A stretch of DNA of 26,497 nt, taken from positions 1 through 26,497 of IMG/VR virus record IMGVR_UViG_3300017766_004787. One strand, written 5' to 3'. Under the pieces are notes generated by a model. That model worked only from the letters and a program-made list of their open reading frames with translations. It ran no database searches and was not told where the DNA came from. This stretch comes from a virus. Its lineage: Duplodnaviria > Caudoviricetes. The position numbers and the translations under genes are program-made. Below are positions 15,482 to 24,379 of the stretch, in pieces (the first letter of the stretch is position 1; each line of letters opens with the position of its first letter).

Positions 15482-16285
15482 ATGGTCACCTTTGATACCG
15501 TCTGGGCCGCCGAGTTCGCCCCCGCCGTTTCCGCCACCCGCCGCGTCCAGGCGGAGCGCCGCACCGAAGCCTTCCTCGACATCACCCTCACTGTCTGCGG
15601 CGAAGAGCTCCGCCAGATGACCCCCGCCGATCTGCTCCACCTCGACGCCCTCGACAATCCCTACGTCTGCGGCGCCCCCCTGGCCGACATCACCGCCCTC
15701 GATTCCGCCGCCTTCCTCTGGCAACTCGCCGCGCTCAACGATCACACCCCCAGCTTTGCGAACCTCTGGCGCCGCGCCCGTTTCCTCCGCCGCCTCGCCA
15801 CCACCCCGGCCGACGCCCAGCTCACCGCCATCCTCGACTACACCGGCCGCATCTTCGCCGACTTCCCTGGCTCCTCCGAGTCTTCCACGTCTTCCGAGTC
15901 TTCCGCGTCTTCGGCTTTTGCTCCCGAGTCCAAAACCTACTTCCTCGCCCCGCTCCTCGTCGAGGTGGCGAGCGACATCGGCCACCTCGATCCCATGAGT
16001 GGCCTGCTCCTGGCGCACACCCCGCTCCCTCGGCTTGCCCAGTATCAGCGCACCCTGCGCGAGCGCACGTCCACGGAAAAGGACTACACCGAACTCGACA
16101 GCCTCCGCAACCGCTGCATGGACCGCGTGAACCAGCTCAACGCCGCCGCCCGCCAGCCCCAAACCACGGCGGATTACGCCGATTACGCGAATAAAACCCC
16201 GCCCACGGTGCCTTTATCCGCTGAATCCGCGCCATCCGCGGTTAAAAATTCCGACCCATCCCCCTCCCCCCATGGCAGCATCTAG
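15482..16285 (+). CDS. Putative tail assembly chaperone
   Basis: Lies between tail tube and tape measure. Contains a 4x9-nt tandem repeat (15875-15910), and its C-terminus reads through repeat C. Confidence 0.55.
   Translation: MVTFDTVWAAEFAPAVSATRRVQAERRTEAFLDITLTVCGEELRQMTPADLLHLDALDNPYVCGAPLADITALDSAAFLWQLAALNDHTPSFANLWRRARFLRRLATTPADAQLTAILDYTGRIFADFPGSSESSTSSESSASSAFAPESKTYFLAPLLVEVASDIGHLDPMSGLLLAHTPLPRLAQYQRTLRERTSTEKDYTELDSLRNRCMDRVNQLNAAARQPQTTADYADYANKTPPTVPLSAESAPSAVKNSDPSPSPHGSI
16163..16254 (+). repeat. Repeat family C, copy 2 (inside CDS)
   Basis: gcggattacgccgattacgcgaataaaa...gcctttatccgctgaatccgcgccatccgcggttaaaaattccga. Confidence 0.85.
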
Positions 16286-17612
16286 CGAAATCCGCTTCAA
16301 AATCGGCGCCGACACCTCCGCCCTCAGCAAAGCCTTTGTCGGTGCTCAGTCCGTGGCCGCCGCGGCCGGCGCCCGCATCCAAAAAAGCTTCGGCCTCAAA
16401 GATGCGATGAAAGGCATCTTTCAAGGCATCGGCATCAACTCCGTCCAAGCCATCACCGACATGGTGATCGCCCCCTTTAAGCACGCCGCCGAACGCGCCA
16501 AAGCCGTCGCCACTCTCACCGACCAGCTCCGCGAAAACACCTTCAAATGGCTCGGTGCCCTCGGCGGCCCCACTCGCGAACTCGAACTGCAGGTCAAGCA
16601 GGTCAACGACCTCAACACCGACATCGAGAAACAACGCGCGCCCGTCGCTCAACTCAACGCCAACCCCCTCCGCTTCGTCACCGAAGCCAACCGCGAAGAA
16701 CTCTCCAACGCCGAGACCGCCCTCGACGAACTCATTAAGAAACAAGACGACATGGCCACGGCCACCAAGATTGCCGTCCTCGAGGAAAACCGCCGCACCG
16801 AAGCCCTCCAACGCTCCGCCGTCTCCGCCCGCGCCCTCGCCCAGCTCCAGCTCATGGATGCCGCCGAAGGCCGCAAGTTTGCCGAACGCCGCAACGCCCT
16901 CGAGATCGAAGGCCAAAACCTCCGCAAGCAAGGCGCTCTCCCCTCGGTCCTCCAAGCCAACCGCAACGCCATCGCCGACATCGTCATCGCTGAACAGCTC
17001 CACAATAAAACGATCAAAGACCGCCTCTCTGACCTCGCCCGCACCAGCCGCGCCCAAAAGGAAGCCGCCGCCCTCGAGCTCGCCGACGCCGGCGACCGCG
17101 CCAAAGCCCAGCAAAAACTGAACGCCCTCCGCCGCGAGTATGATGTGATCGTCAAACGCAAAGGCCGGCTCAGCCCCGAAGCCGAGGAAAACCGCATGCA
17201 GCAGACGGGCATCGGCAACACCCTCGCGCTCCTCAACAAGCAAGCCCGCGAAGAACAAAGCGGCGCCCTCTCCAGCCTCGGCCAAGGCCTCACCGGCGGC
17301 ACCGTCGGCCGCCGCTCTGAACGCGAACGCATCGCCGACCGCGGCGCCGCCCGCCTCGCCCAGGCCAACAGCGCCATCCGCTCCGGCAATTCCCCGGCCT
17401 TCGTCGCCCAACTCACCGCCCAAGCCAACCGCGACTTCAAGGCTGCCGGCCGAAAGGTCGGCGATAGCACCAGCTCTGTTGCCAAAGGCGATGCCAACGA
17501 CCTCGGCGGCCAGCTCGTCAAAGCCAACGAAACCCTCAAAGCCATCGAGAAAAACTTGGAGCCAACAAAACCGGGGAAGAAAAAAACTTCCTCTAAATCA
17601 GAATCTAAATGA
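16272..17612 (+). CDS. Tape measure protein (short, 446 aa)
   Basis: N-terminal IRFKIGADTS motif, Ala-rich helical body, C-terminal L...NETLKAIEKN; expected position. Confidence 0.8.
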   Translation: MAASSEIRFKIGADTSALSKAFVGAQSVAAAAGARIQKSFGLKDAMKGIFQGIGINSVQAITDMVIAPFKHAAERAKAVATLTDQLRENTFKWLGALGGPTRELELQVKQVNDLNTDIEKQRAPVAQLNANPLRFVTEANREELSNAETALDELIKKQDDMATATKIAVLEENRRTEALQRSAVSARALAQLQLMDAAEGRKFAERRNALEIEGQNLRKQGALPSVLQANRNAIADIVIAEQLHNKTIKDRLSDLARTSRAQKEAAALELADAGDRAKAQQKLNALRREYDVIVKRKGRLSPEAEENRMQQTGIGNTLALLNKQAREEQSGALSSLGQGLTGGTVGRRSERERIADRGAARLAQANSAIRSGNSPAFVAQLTAQANRDFKAAGRKVGDSTSSVAKGDANDLGGQLVKANETLKAIEKNLEPTKPGKKKTSSKSESK

Positions 17613-18502
17613 GCACCATCTATCAAAAACTTGGCGCTGGACAACCCTCGTTCACGGCTGCCACCCAAGACGGAGATTATGTCACCGAATACCCCCTCGG
17701 CGCTGCGGAGCCCACCCACGTCCTGATCAAAGCGGTCTTCAAACAATTCCGCGCCGACTACACCCGCCCCGCGGCCAATACCACCCTCACCTACGGCGCC
17801 CTCACCGCCTACTTCATCGATGACGTCGGATTTACCGACGAACGCGGCGGCCTCTGCTCGTGGACGCGCCTCTGGGCCACGATTCCCGCCTCTTGGTCCG
17901 AGCCCGGCGGCACCTACGCTTACGCTTTCCCCGCCTTCACCGCCGTCTACGCCCTTGGTAACACGTTTCCCGTTTCCAACATCGTCGCCAACGCCAGCAA
18001 CTACAGCGTCAACACCAACGCCACGGCGATCACCTCCGGCGACGACGTCTACTTCGACCTGAATTACGTCCGCGCCTCGCAAAACTACCACGTCACCTTT
18101 ACGACCCCGGCGCTTTACGCCTCCTCCGGCGTCAACGTGACCATCCCTGGCATCTTACCCGGCACCGGCAGTTTTAGCGGCCCCACCGGCACCGTTCGTA
18201 AAGGCAACAAAGGCCGCGACCTCCCCACCACCGACGCCGTGGATTCCTTTGTCCTCCACGATTACGCCCTCAGCTCCGAGACCACCCTCGACACAGACCT
18301 CCCCCAGATCAAAGCCTTCTCCCCGATCACGGCCGGCGTCCCCACCGAGACGCAATACCTCGTTAGCACGACCATCCCCTCCACTTCCCTTTACCAAAGC
18401 ATGATCTCGGCCGGCACGCTGATCGTGGTGCAACCGAGCGACCGCACCCGCTATCTCGGCAACATTTACGAACGCACCACCCGCCTTGTGAAGGCAAAGT
18501 AA
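17609..18502 (+). CDS. Tail tip / distal tail protein (putative)
   Basis: Thr-rich beta ORF translationally coupled to the tape measure gene. Confidence 0.5.
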   Translation: MSTIYQKLGAGQPSFTAATQDGDYVTEYPLGAAEPTHVLIKAVFKQFRADYTRPAANTTLTYGALTAYFIDDVGFTDERGGLCSWTRLWATIPASWSEPGGTYAYAFPAFTAVYALGNTFPVSNIVANASNYSVNTNATAITSGDDVYFDLNYVRASQNYHVTFTTPALYASSGVNVTIPGILPGTGSFSGPTGTVRKGNKGRDLPTTDAVDSFVLHDYALSSETTLDTDLPQIKAFSPITAGVPTETQYLVSTTIPSTSLYQSMISAGTLIVVQPSDRTRYLGNIYERTTRLVKAK

Positions 18503-18506
18503 GACC

Positions 18507-18803
18507 ATGAGCCTCGACGCCCTTCGCATCACCGAGTGTCCTTTGGCCTTTGCGAGTTTCGCGGAAAAGCACAACGCGATCGTTGACCTCCTCTCGCAGT
18601 TCCAAGGCGCCAACGGCATCACAGTCACGATCTCCGAACGCAACGGCATCTTCACTGGCGGCGGCTCCGGCGGCAACACCGACCTCACGGGCATCATCGC
18701 CAACATTTCTGCCCTTCAAACGCTCACGAGTGGCCTCACCCGCCAGAACGTCGTCTACTGCAACGCGGGCAGCAACACGACGATCACTATCCTCCGCTCC
18801 TGA
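18507..18803 (+). CDS. Small tail-associated protein
   Basis: 98 aa, coupled to the next gene by a TGATG overlap; codon style matches neighbours. Confidence 0.55.
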   Translation: MSLDALRITECPLAFASFAEKHNAIVDLLSQFQGANGITVTISERNGIFTGGGSGGNTDLTGIIANISALQTLTSGLTRQNVVYCNAGSNTTITILRS

Positions 18804-19711
18804 TGGCCGGCTATATCCTAGGCTTCGGTGGCTGTGCCTACTGCCAAGACTGCGCGGTAGATGCGCCCTGCGCTGCCGCGGCGCCAGTGATCACATCCTA
18901 CAGCCAAGGCAACCCGGCCTGCGTTGGCGAAGCCGGATCCTGGGGGAGTTATTCCGGCTCCCGTCTCACGGGCGCGACCTGGTCTGCTTCTGGACTCCCT
19001 GCCGGCGTCAGCATCAACAGCAGCACCGGTTTCATCACCGGCACTCCATCGGGCACGAGCTCCGGCAGTGTCACGATCACCGTGACCAACGCATGCGGAT
19101 CTTCCAACACCAGCTTCACCTTCACGGTCTCCAGCCCGCCCACAATCACGAGCAGCCTCACCGCCTCTGGCACCGTGGCCACGGCCTTCACCACCTACAC
19201 GATCACCTCGAGCGGCACGCCCATTGCCTACCTCGCCACCGGCCTCCCTTCGGGGTTAAGTTACGACTCCGGCACTGGCGTCATTAGCGGCACTCCCACG
19301 GCCCCTGGCACCTTCAACGTCCAGATCACTGCCTACGACTCGACCTACTGTTACGCCCGAAACACCCTCGTCATCACGATCGTCTGCCCCGCGTGTCTTA
19401 CTTGGTTTCCCTCCGCCCTGAGCAATACCAACAGCACCCTGATCGGCCCCTATACGCTATGGACTGATGACACCTGGGATGTGACGGGGCAATTTCCCTG
19501 CGCGCAGACGGTCAGCCTCAGCTACTCGTGCAACAACACGATGCAGGTCGACGTAAAGGTCGGCGGCTCGCTGGTTCACTCCAGCGGCTGTGTTGTTTCC
19601 TACGCTGGCACCCTGAGCATCCCCGCCGGCACCACATCCATCGAAGTGATCGTAACGGTCGGCTGCGCTGGCTTCGATACTACCTACATGACCTACAGCA
19701 TCGAATGCTGA
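18803..19711 (+). CDS. Cys-rich virion protein with two putative Ig (He_PIG-like) domains
   Basis: Two GLP.G.S....TG.I.GTP repeats; 14 Cys. Confidence 0.75.
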   Translation: MAGYILGFGGCAYCQDCAVDAPCAAAAPVITSYSQGNPACVGEAGSWGSYSGSRLTGATWSASGLPAGVSINSSTGFITGTPSGTSSGSVTITVTNACGSSNTSFTFTVSSPPTITSSLTASGTVATAFTTYTITSSGTPIAYLATGLPSGLSYDSGTGVISGTPTAPGTFNVQITAYDSTYCYARNTLVITIVCPACLTWFPSALSNTNSTLIGPYTLWTDDTWDVTGQFPCAQTVSLSYSCNNTMQVDVKVGGSLVHSSGCVVSYAGTLSIPAGTTSIEVIVTVGCAGFDTTYMTYSIEC

Positions 19712-19953
19712 TGCAAAAACGATTCCTGATCCCCCGCGCCGGCCGCTACGTCAGCGTCACCGCCGAAGAGTATGCCGCCCACCAAGCCGCGCAGCCTGCC
19801 CCGCCCAAGCCCCGCGGCCTCGGCGATCTGGTCGCGCTCCTCGCCGAACCCATCGCCCGCGCGAGCGACGCCGCGCTCGGCACGCACCTCGTCGGGTGCA
19901 ATTCCTGCGCCGAGCGCCGCGCCGCCCTGAACAGGCTCGTTCCGAAGCTCTGA
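19711..19953 (+). CDS. Small phage protein with GLGDxV...CxxCxxRxxxLN motif
   Basis: ATG 19711 overlaps the upstream TGA; RGLGDLVA...GCNSCAERRAALN. Confidence 0.7.
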   Translation: MQKRFLIPRAGRYVSVTAEEYAAHQAAQPAPPKPRGLGDLVALLAEPIARASDAALGTHLVGCNSCAERRAALNRLVPKL

Positions 19954-19960
19954 TTCCCCC

Positions 19961-20047
19961 TCTTTCTCTTTCCTCTTTATCTTTCTCTTTCGTCAGGGAA
20001 AAGCCACCAAACCAAAGAAAGATTAAGAGAAAGAGGAAAGAGAAAGA
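19961..20047 (-). repeat. Repeat family A, copy 4 (inverted orientation)
   Basis: Contains tttcgtcagg and aaagattaagag, the reverse complements of the family core motifs. Confidence 0.9.
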
Positions 20048-20075
20048 AACTGTGGCCCCATCCGTATCCCCCCCG

Positions 20076-20083
20076 TTGACACC
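20076..20083 (+). promoter_or_regulatory. TTGACACC box 6
   Basis: 45 nt upstream of ATG 20121. Confidence 0.55.
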
Positions 20084-20120
20084 CCGCGCACGATAGACCC
20101 CTCCCGGTCTCCCAGCGCAC

Positions 20121-20912
20121 ATGACCATTTACCTCGTCAAAGGCTACCTCGATTACGCCGCCACCACGCTCGCGGACGCCCAAGCCCTCCTCACCGCCCT
20201 GGCCAACCCCGCGCTCGCGGCCAACCAAGCGGCCATCGACCGCATCACCGACAAACTCGAGACCCTCGTCCAGGGCGACACCGGCGAGCCCATTGTCCTC
20301 TCCTCGATCGACGACACCGCCGGCACCTACTCCTCCTGGGTCACCGATGCCAGCACCACGCTCGCCCTCGGCCTCGGCGATCCTGACCCCAACGGAGGCA
20401 CGCTCTACGCCTCGACGCTCAGCTCGACCATCAGCGGCAGCACCCGCCTAGCCACCCTGGCGCTAAACACCAACGCCCTGGCCGCCGCCTGCAACCGCGG
20501 CCGCATGGCCCGCCCGGCGCCGTTCACGCTGCAGATCCGCACGACCACGGCCGGCGTGACCGAGACCCGCGGCCTGATCACGATCCAGATCTCCGCCCCT
20601 GTTTTCGCTGGCACGACTCAAGACCTCACGCCCATCAGCTACGTGACCACCCCGGCGGCCCGTGCCGGCTACGTGATCAACGTCTCCGGCGTCACGAGCC
20701 TCACCGGTGGCGGCGCCACCACCCTCGACGGCCAGGAAGCCGGCGGCACCAGCTACCCCGTCGGCAGCATCATCCTCACCAGCGACGGCAACGTCGGCCG
20801 CCAGTGGAAACTCATCGGCACCTACATCGCCGCGACGGATCTCGCCCTCGGCAAAATCAAACCGACGAACAGCGACGCGACCCTCAATCCCGTCTACTGG
20901 CAGCTCATCTGA
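20121..20912 (+). CDS. Putative baseplate / fibre-anchor structural protein
   Basis: Thr/Gly-rich, 263 aa, directly upstream of the fibre-like gene. Confidence 0.5.
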   Translation: MTIYLVKGYLDYAATTLADAQALLTALANPALAANQAAIDRITDKLETLVQGDTGEPIVLSSIDDTAGTYSSWVTDASTTLALGLGDPDPNGGTLYASTLSSTISGSTRLATLALNTNALAAACNRGRMARPAPFTLQIRTTTAGVTETRGLITIQISAPVFAGTTQDLTPISYVTTPAARAGYVINVSGVTSLTGGGATTLDGQEAGGTSYPVGSIILTSDGNVGRQWKLIGTYIAATDLALGKIKPTNSDATLNPVYWQLI

Positions 20913-20915
20913 GCC

Positions 20916-20946
20916 CTCTTTCTCTTTCCTCTTTCTCTTAATCTTT
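20916..20946 (+). repeat. Repeat family A, half copy (left arm only)
   Basis: ctctttctctttcctctttctcttaatcttt. Confidence 0.8.
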
Positions 20947-20955
20947 TTCCCCTCA

Positions 20956-23445
20956 ATGCACCGTTTCCTCTCCATCGTTTGGTGGCTTTCCGTGTGTTCC
21001 GTGTGTTCCGTGGGCACCCTCCGTTCGCAACCCGCCAACGTCCAAGCCGATCCCACGACAGGTGTCCTCTTCCGCCCCTCCGCCGCGACGTTTATCAGCG
21101 GAAACAACCTCGCGACCGCCGCGGGCGGCATCGTGCTCGGGGCCAACGGCGGCACCGGAGTCGCCAACACCGGAAAGACGATCACGCTTGGCGGCAACGT
21201 CACGACCGTGGGCGCTTACAATCTCGGCGTCTCCCTCAGCGGCAACACCACCGTCAGCCTCCCGACCACCGGAACCCTTGCGACCCTGACCGGCAGCGAA
21301 ACGCTCACGAATAAAACCCTCACCAGCCCCACGCTCACAACTCCGATTCTCGGCGCCGCCACGGCCACCAGCCTCACGCTCTCCGGCAACATCTCCAGCG
21401 CCGCCTGGACGACCAGCGGCGTCCGCATCAAAGGCGTGACGGCCACGCTCACCGACACCACGAGCACCGGCACCGTGGCCGCCGCCTACACCGACGTCCT
21501 CGGGGGCAACACGATTGCGGCCAGCAATGCGACAACGTTCACCGACTACATCACGGCCTACTTCCGCGAGCCCACCGCCGGATCTCTGGTCACAATGACA
21601 AACAAGTGGGCCCTTGGCAGCGAGTCGCTGCGCGTCGGCACCAGCACGCCGATGACGGTGAGCACGGCCGGCGGCATCACGGCCAACAGCCTCACGGGCC
21701 GAACCGCCACCAACCTCACCCTCGCAGGCGGCAGCACGGGCGCGAGTCTGGTGCTGGGTCAGGGGGCGACAGGCTCGATTCTTACAACCTTTGCCGGTCC
21801 GTCTTACATTAGGGCGGGTCAGATGACCGCCACCTATGCGGGGCTCCTATTTGGCAACGGCACGCTGGCTGATTCTGCTACGGGGTTCAATATAGCGGCG
21901 AATGCGACGAACTCCAATTTGGTGTTCAACATCAACACCGGCGGTTCGATGAATTGGCGCGTCGGGAATGCCAATGCCTTTACTCTCAGCAGTGGCAGCA
22001 ACCTCCTAATCGGCGGCACGACCGACAGCGGCGCACGCGTGTCAGCCCTCAAGGTAGGCGTCTCGCCCGCGAGCAGCGGCACCACTTCAACCGCCGCGTT
22101 CCGGGCGTTCGACACTAACAACGTCGCGCTGGACATCGGTGTAAAGTCGGACGCCTCACCTTTCCCCGGCTGGATTCAGGTGCATGACACCGCGAATCAG
22201 GCAACCAACTATCCGCTCTCGCTCCAAGGAAACGGTTCGTATGTCACCATCGGCACTCTGGCATCTTCTACGGTCGGCACGGGCGGCCTTTACGTCGCAG
22301 GCACCACGGCAGCGTCTAGCACGACGAGCGGCGCGCTACAGGTCGCGGGTGGCGTGGGGGTCGCGGGGGCGGGGTATTTTGGGGGAGACTTGTTTATTAA
22401 CAAAACCACCCCAGTGCTGCGTTTGCAGGAGTCGGGTTCGACACAGATGGCCCTGATTTACTTCTCCGGGAATAGCTTCTTTGACTACACCGGGACGCTT
22501 ACATTCCGCACTCCGGGCGCAGGGCCTTCGGCAGTCGCAACACTCAGCAACGCCGGCGTTCTCAACCTGCAAAATACCACCTCCGCCACCTCCAGCACCG
22601 TCGGCGCACTCACCATCGGCAACGGCACGGCGGCGACGAACGTGGCGATTGGCGGGGGCTCGATGATCGCTGGCGCAAACGTGCAGGCCGTCGGCAACAT
22701 CAACGTTGGCGCTGTGGGCGCGGACTTCTCCGCTGGTCGCATTAACATTCAAGCGGGTTCCGATACTGTTCCCGGCCTTAGCTTCGGCGGCACCAATTAC
22801 GGATTCGGCATCCTTGAGAAAACAGATGGGAATCTTTATTTCTCGCGGCGCTCTGGCAGCGCGACGAATACGACGTGGATGAGCGTAGATCGAGGCACCG
22901 GAGCCGCCACCTTCGCGGGCACCGTCACCTTGTCGAGCGCGCTCCCTGAGCTGCGACTGTCCAACGTCACCACAACCTCGCCATTCGGTCTAACTTTCTA
23001 CAACGGGTCTGACTACGACGCCTCGCTTCGGCACCAAACGAACACAGGTGTCTTAACGCTCGACGTTGGCCGAAATTCTTCGTGGGGCGGTGATTTTGAC
23101 ATCTATATCGACACCGTTCGTTCTGCGCGGTTCTCGAAGAACATCACGACGTTTGACCAAGCCGCCACCTTCGCGGGCGCGGTGAGCCTGTCCACCGCTG
23201 GCACGACGGTCTCTATCAAATCCGGCACCAACGCCGCAGCGGGAACGGTCACGCTCGTCGCCGGAAACGGGACGATCACGAGCACGGCAATCGACGTAAA
23301 CACCGTCATCGTCATGTCGATCAAAACCAAAAGCGGCTCGTTTGACCACGCCCCAAGCGTGGTGGTCGCAGCGGGCAGCGCGACGATTGACGGTCATAAT
23401 TCCGACGATTCGACCTACAACTGGATCGCGCTGAAGGTAAACTAA
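20956..23445 (+). CDS. Tail fibre / adhesin-like beta-rich protein (829 aa)
   Basis: Fibre-type motifs NGGTG, TLTNKTLTSP, SSTTSGAL.V.GGVG and G.ATFAG; mosaic codon usage. The in-frame ATG after the half repeat is 20956. Confidence 0.8.
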   Translation: MHRFLSIVWWLSVCSVCSVGTLRSQPANVQADPTTGVLFRPSAATFISGNNLATAAGGIVLGANGGTGVANTGKTITLGGNVTTVGAYNLGVSLSGNTTVSLPTTGTLATLTGSETLTNKTLTSPTLTTPILGAATATSLTLSGNISSAAWTTSGVRIKGVTATLTDTTSTGTVAAAYTDVLGGNTIAASNATTFTDYITAYFREPTAGSLVTMTNKWALGSESLRVGTSTPMTVSTAGGITANSLTGRTATNLTLAGGSTGASLVLGQGATGSILTTFAGPSYIRAGQMTATYAGLLFGNGTLADSATGFNIAANATNSNLVFNINTGGSMNWRVGNANAFTLSSGSNLLIGGTTDSGARVSALKVGVSPASSGTTSTAAFRAFDTNNVALDIGVKSDASPFPGWIQVHDTANQATNYPLSLQGNGSYVTIGTLASSTVGTGGLYVAGTTAASSTTSGALQVAGGVGVAGAGYFGGDLFINKTTPVLRLQESGSTQMALIYFSGNSFFDYTGTLTFRTPGAGPSAVATLSNAGVLNLQNTTSATSSTVGALTIGNGTAATNVAIGGGSMIAGANVQAVGNINVGAVGADFSAGRINIQAGSDTVPGLSFGGTNYGFGILEKTDGNLYFSRRSGSATNTTWMSVDRGTGAATFAGTVTLSSALPELRLSNVTTTSPFGLTFYNGSDYDASLRHQTNTGVLTLDVGRNSSWGGDFDIYIDTVRSARFSKNITTFDQAATFAGAVSLSTAGTTVSIKSGTNAAAGTVTLVAGNGTITSTAIDVNTVIVMSIKTKSGSFDHAPSVVVAAGSATIDGHNSDDSTYNWIALKVN

Positions 23446-23455
23446 TTTCCCAACC

Positions 23456-23860
23456 ATGAAAAACATCATTCTCGCACTCCTCGCGGTCGCGTTCTGCGCA
23501 TCCGCTGTTTCCGCCGCCGACGCACCCAGCCCCGCCGTCCTCGCCACGTCCACGAAAAACGGCGTCACGACCGTCATCACGACGGGCCGTGTGCAGGCCG
23601 AGGCCGCAATCAACGCGGACGGCTCGGTCACGTTTCAGATCTATCCCACCGTCACCCTCCTCGACAGCGCCGGCCAGGTGGTCTCCACGCGCCTCGACAC
23701 GTCCGGCGTGATCAACGTGCCGCTCTCCGCCGAGCTCGTCGCCAAGGTGCTGGCCGAAGTCAAAGCCGCCTACGATGCAGACCAGGCCGCAAAATCCGAA
23801 GCTGCCGCCGCAGCCGCAAAATCTGCCTCAGTCCCTCAGTCCCTCAATCCGTCCCCCTAA
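23456..23860 (+). CDS. Signal-peptide-bearing protein downstream of fibre (possible chaperone)
   Basis: MKNIILALLAVAFCASAVSA|AD is a classic Sec signal. Confidence 0.7.
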   Translation: MKNIILALLAVAFCASAVSAADAPSPAVLATSTKNGVTTVITTGRVQAEAAINADGSVTFQIYPTVTLLDSAGQVVSTRLDTSGVINVPLSAELVAKVLAEVKAAYDADQAAKSEAAAAAAKSASVPQSLNPSP

Positions 23861-23861
23861 C

Positions 23862-24041
23862 ATGAACGCCTCCACCATCGCCGGCATCCTCCGCACCCTC
23901 CTCGCCTGTGCCGCCGGCTACCTCGGCGGCAAGGGCATCGACATCACCGGCCTGATGTCGCCCGAAAGCACCGCCGCCATCGGCACCGTGATCGTCGCGG
24001 TCTGGTCTGTCTGGTCGAAAAAATCCGCACCGTCGGCCTGA
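23862..24041 (+). CDS. Putative holin (two TM helices, Pam3-gp28-like)
   Basis: 59 aa: IAGILRTLL...GYL and IGTVIVAVWSVWSKK. Confidence 0.7.
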   Translation: MNASTIAGILRTLLACAAGYLGGKGIDITGLMSPESTAAIGTVIVAVWSVWSKKSAPSA

Positions 24042-24045
24042 TCCC

Positions 24046-24222
24046 ATGATCACGGCCGTGATCAATCTGCTCGCGGCCCTCCTTTCCGCGCTGCCCAAGC
24101 TCCTTGAGCAGATTGCCGCCGCGAGCCGTGCCCGCGCCGCCGCCAAAACCGAAGCCGCAAAAAACGCCCGCAATGAAGCCGCCATCGACAAAGCTCTGGG
24201 CCCTCCTGCTCCTCCTCAGTAG
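24046..24222 (+). CDS. Putative i-spanin (Rz-like), 58 aa, not in the ORF track
   Basis: MITAVINLLAALLSALPKLL hydrophobic N-terminus plus an Ala-rich helix; overlaps a lipoprotein ORF in the +1 frame. Confidence 0.5.
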   Translation: MITAVINLLAALLSALPKLLEQIAAASRARAAAKTEAAKNARNEAAIDKALGPPAPPQ

Positions 24223-24379
24223 CGGCTGCACGGCTGTCCCGGTGCGCCAGCCTCGAGATGCCACGTCCGCTTTGATTGCCGATCACGACTTCGCCGTTGT
24301 CGCCCGCGCCTCGCCCGAGTGGGTCTCGAAAGCTCTTCACACCATCACCGCCCTGGAATCCGAACTCGCCGCAAAGTGA
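24173..24379 (+). CDS. Putative o-spanin lipoprotein (Rz1-like)
   Basis: MKPPSTKLWALLLLLSSG|C lipobox; Rz/Rz1-type overlap with the upstream ORF. Confidence 0.6.
   Translation: MKPPSTKLWALLLLLSSGCTAVPVRQPRDATSALIADHDFAVVARASPEWVSKALHTITALESELAAK

Noticed and set aside
20956-23860. Diversity-generating retroelement or invertible fibre cassette
   Set aside because: No reverse transcriptase or invertase, and no TR/VR pair differing at adenines was seen.
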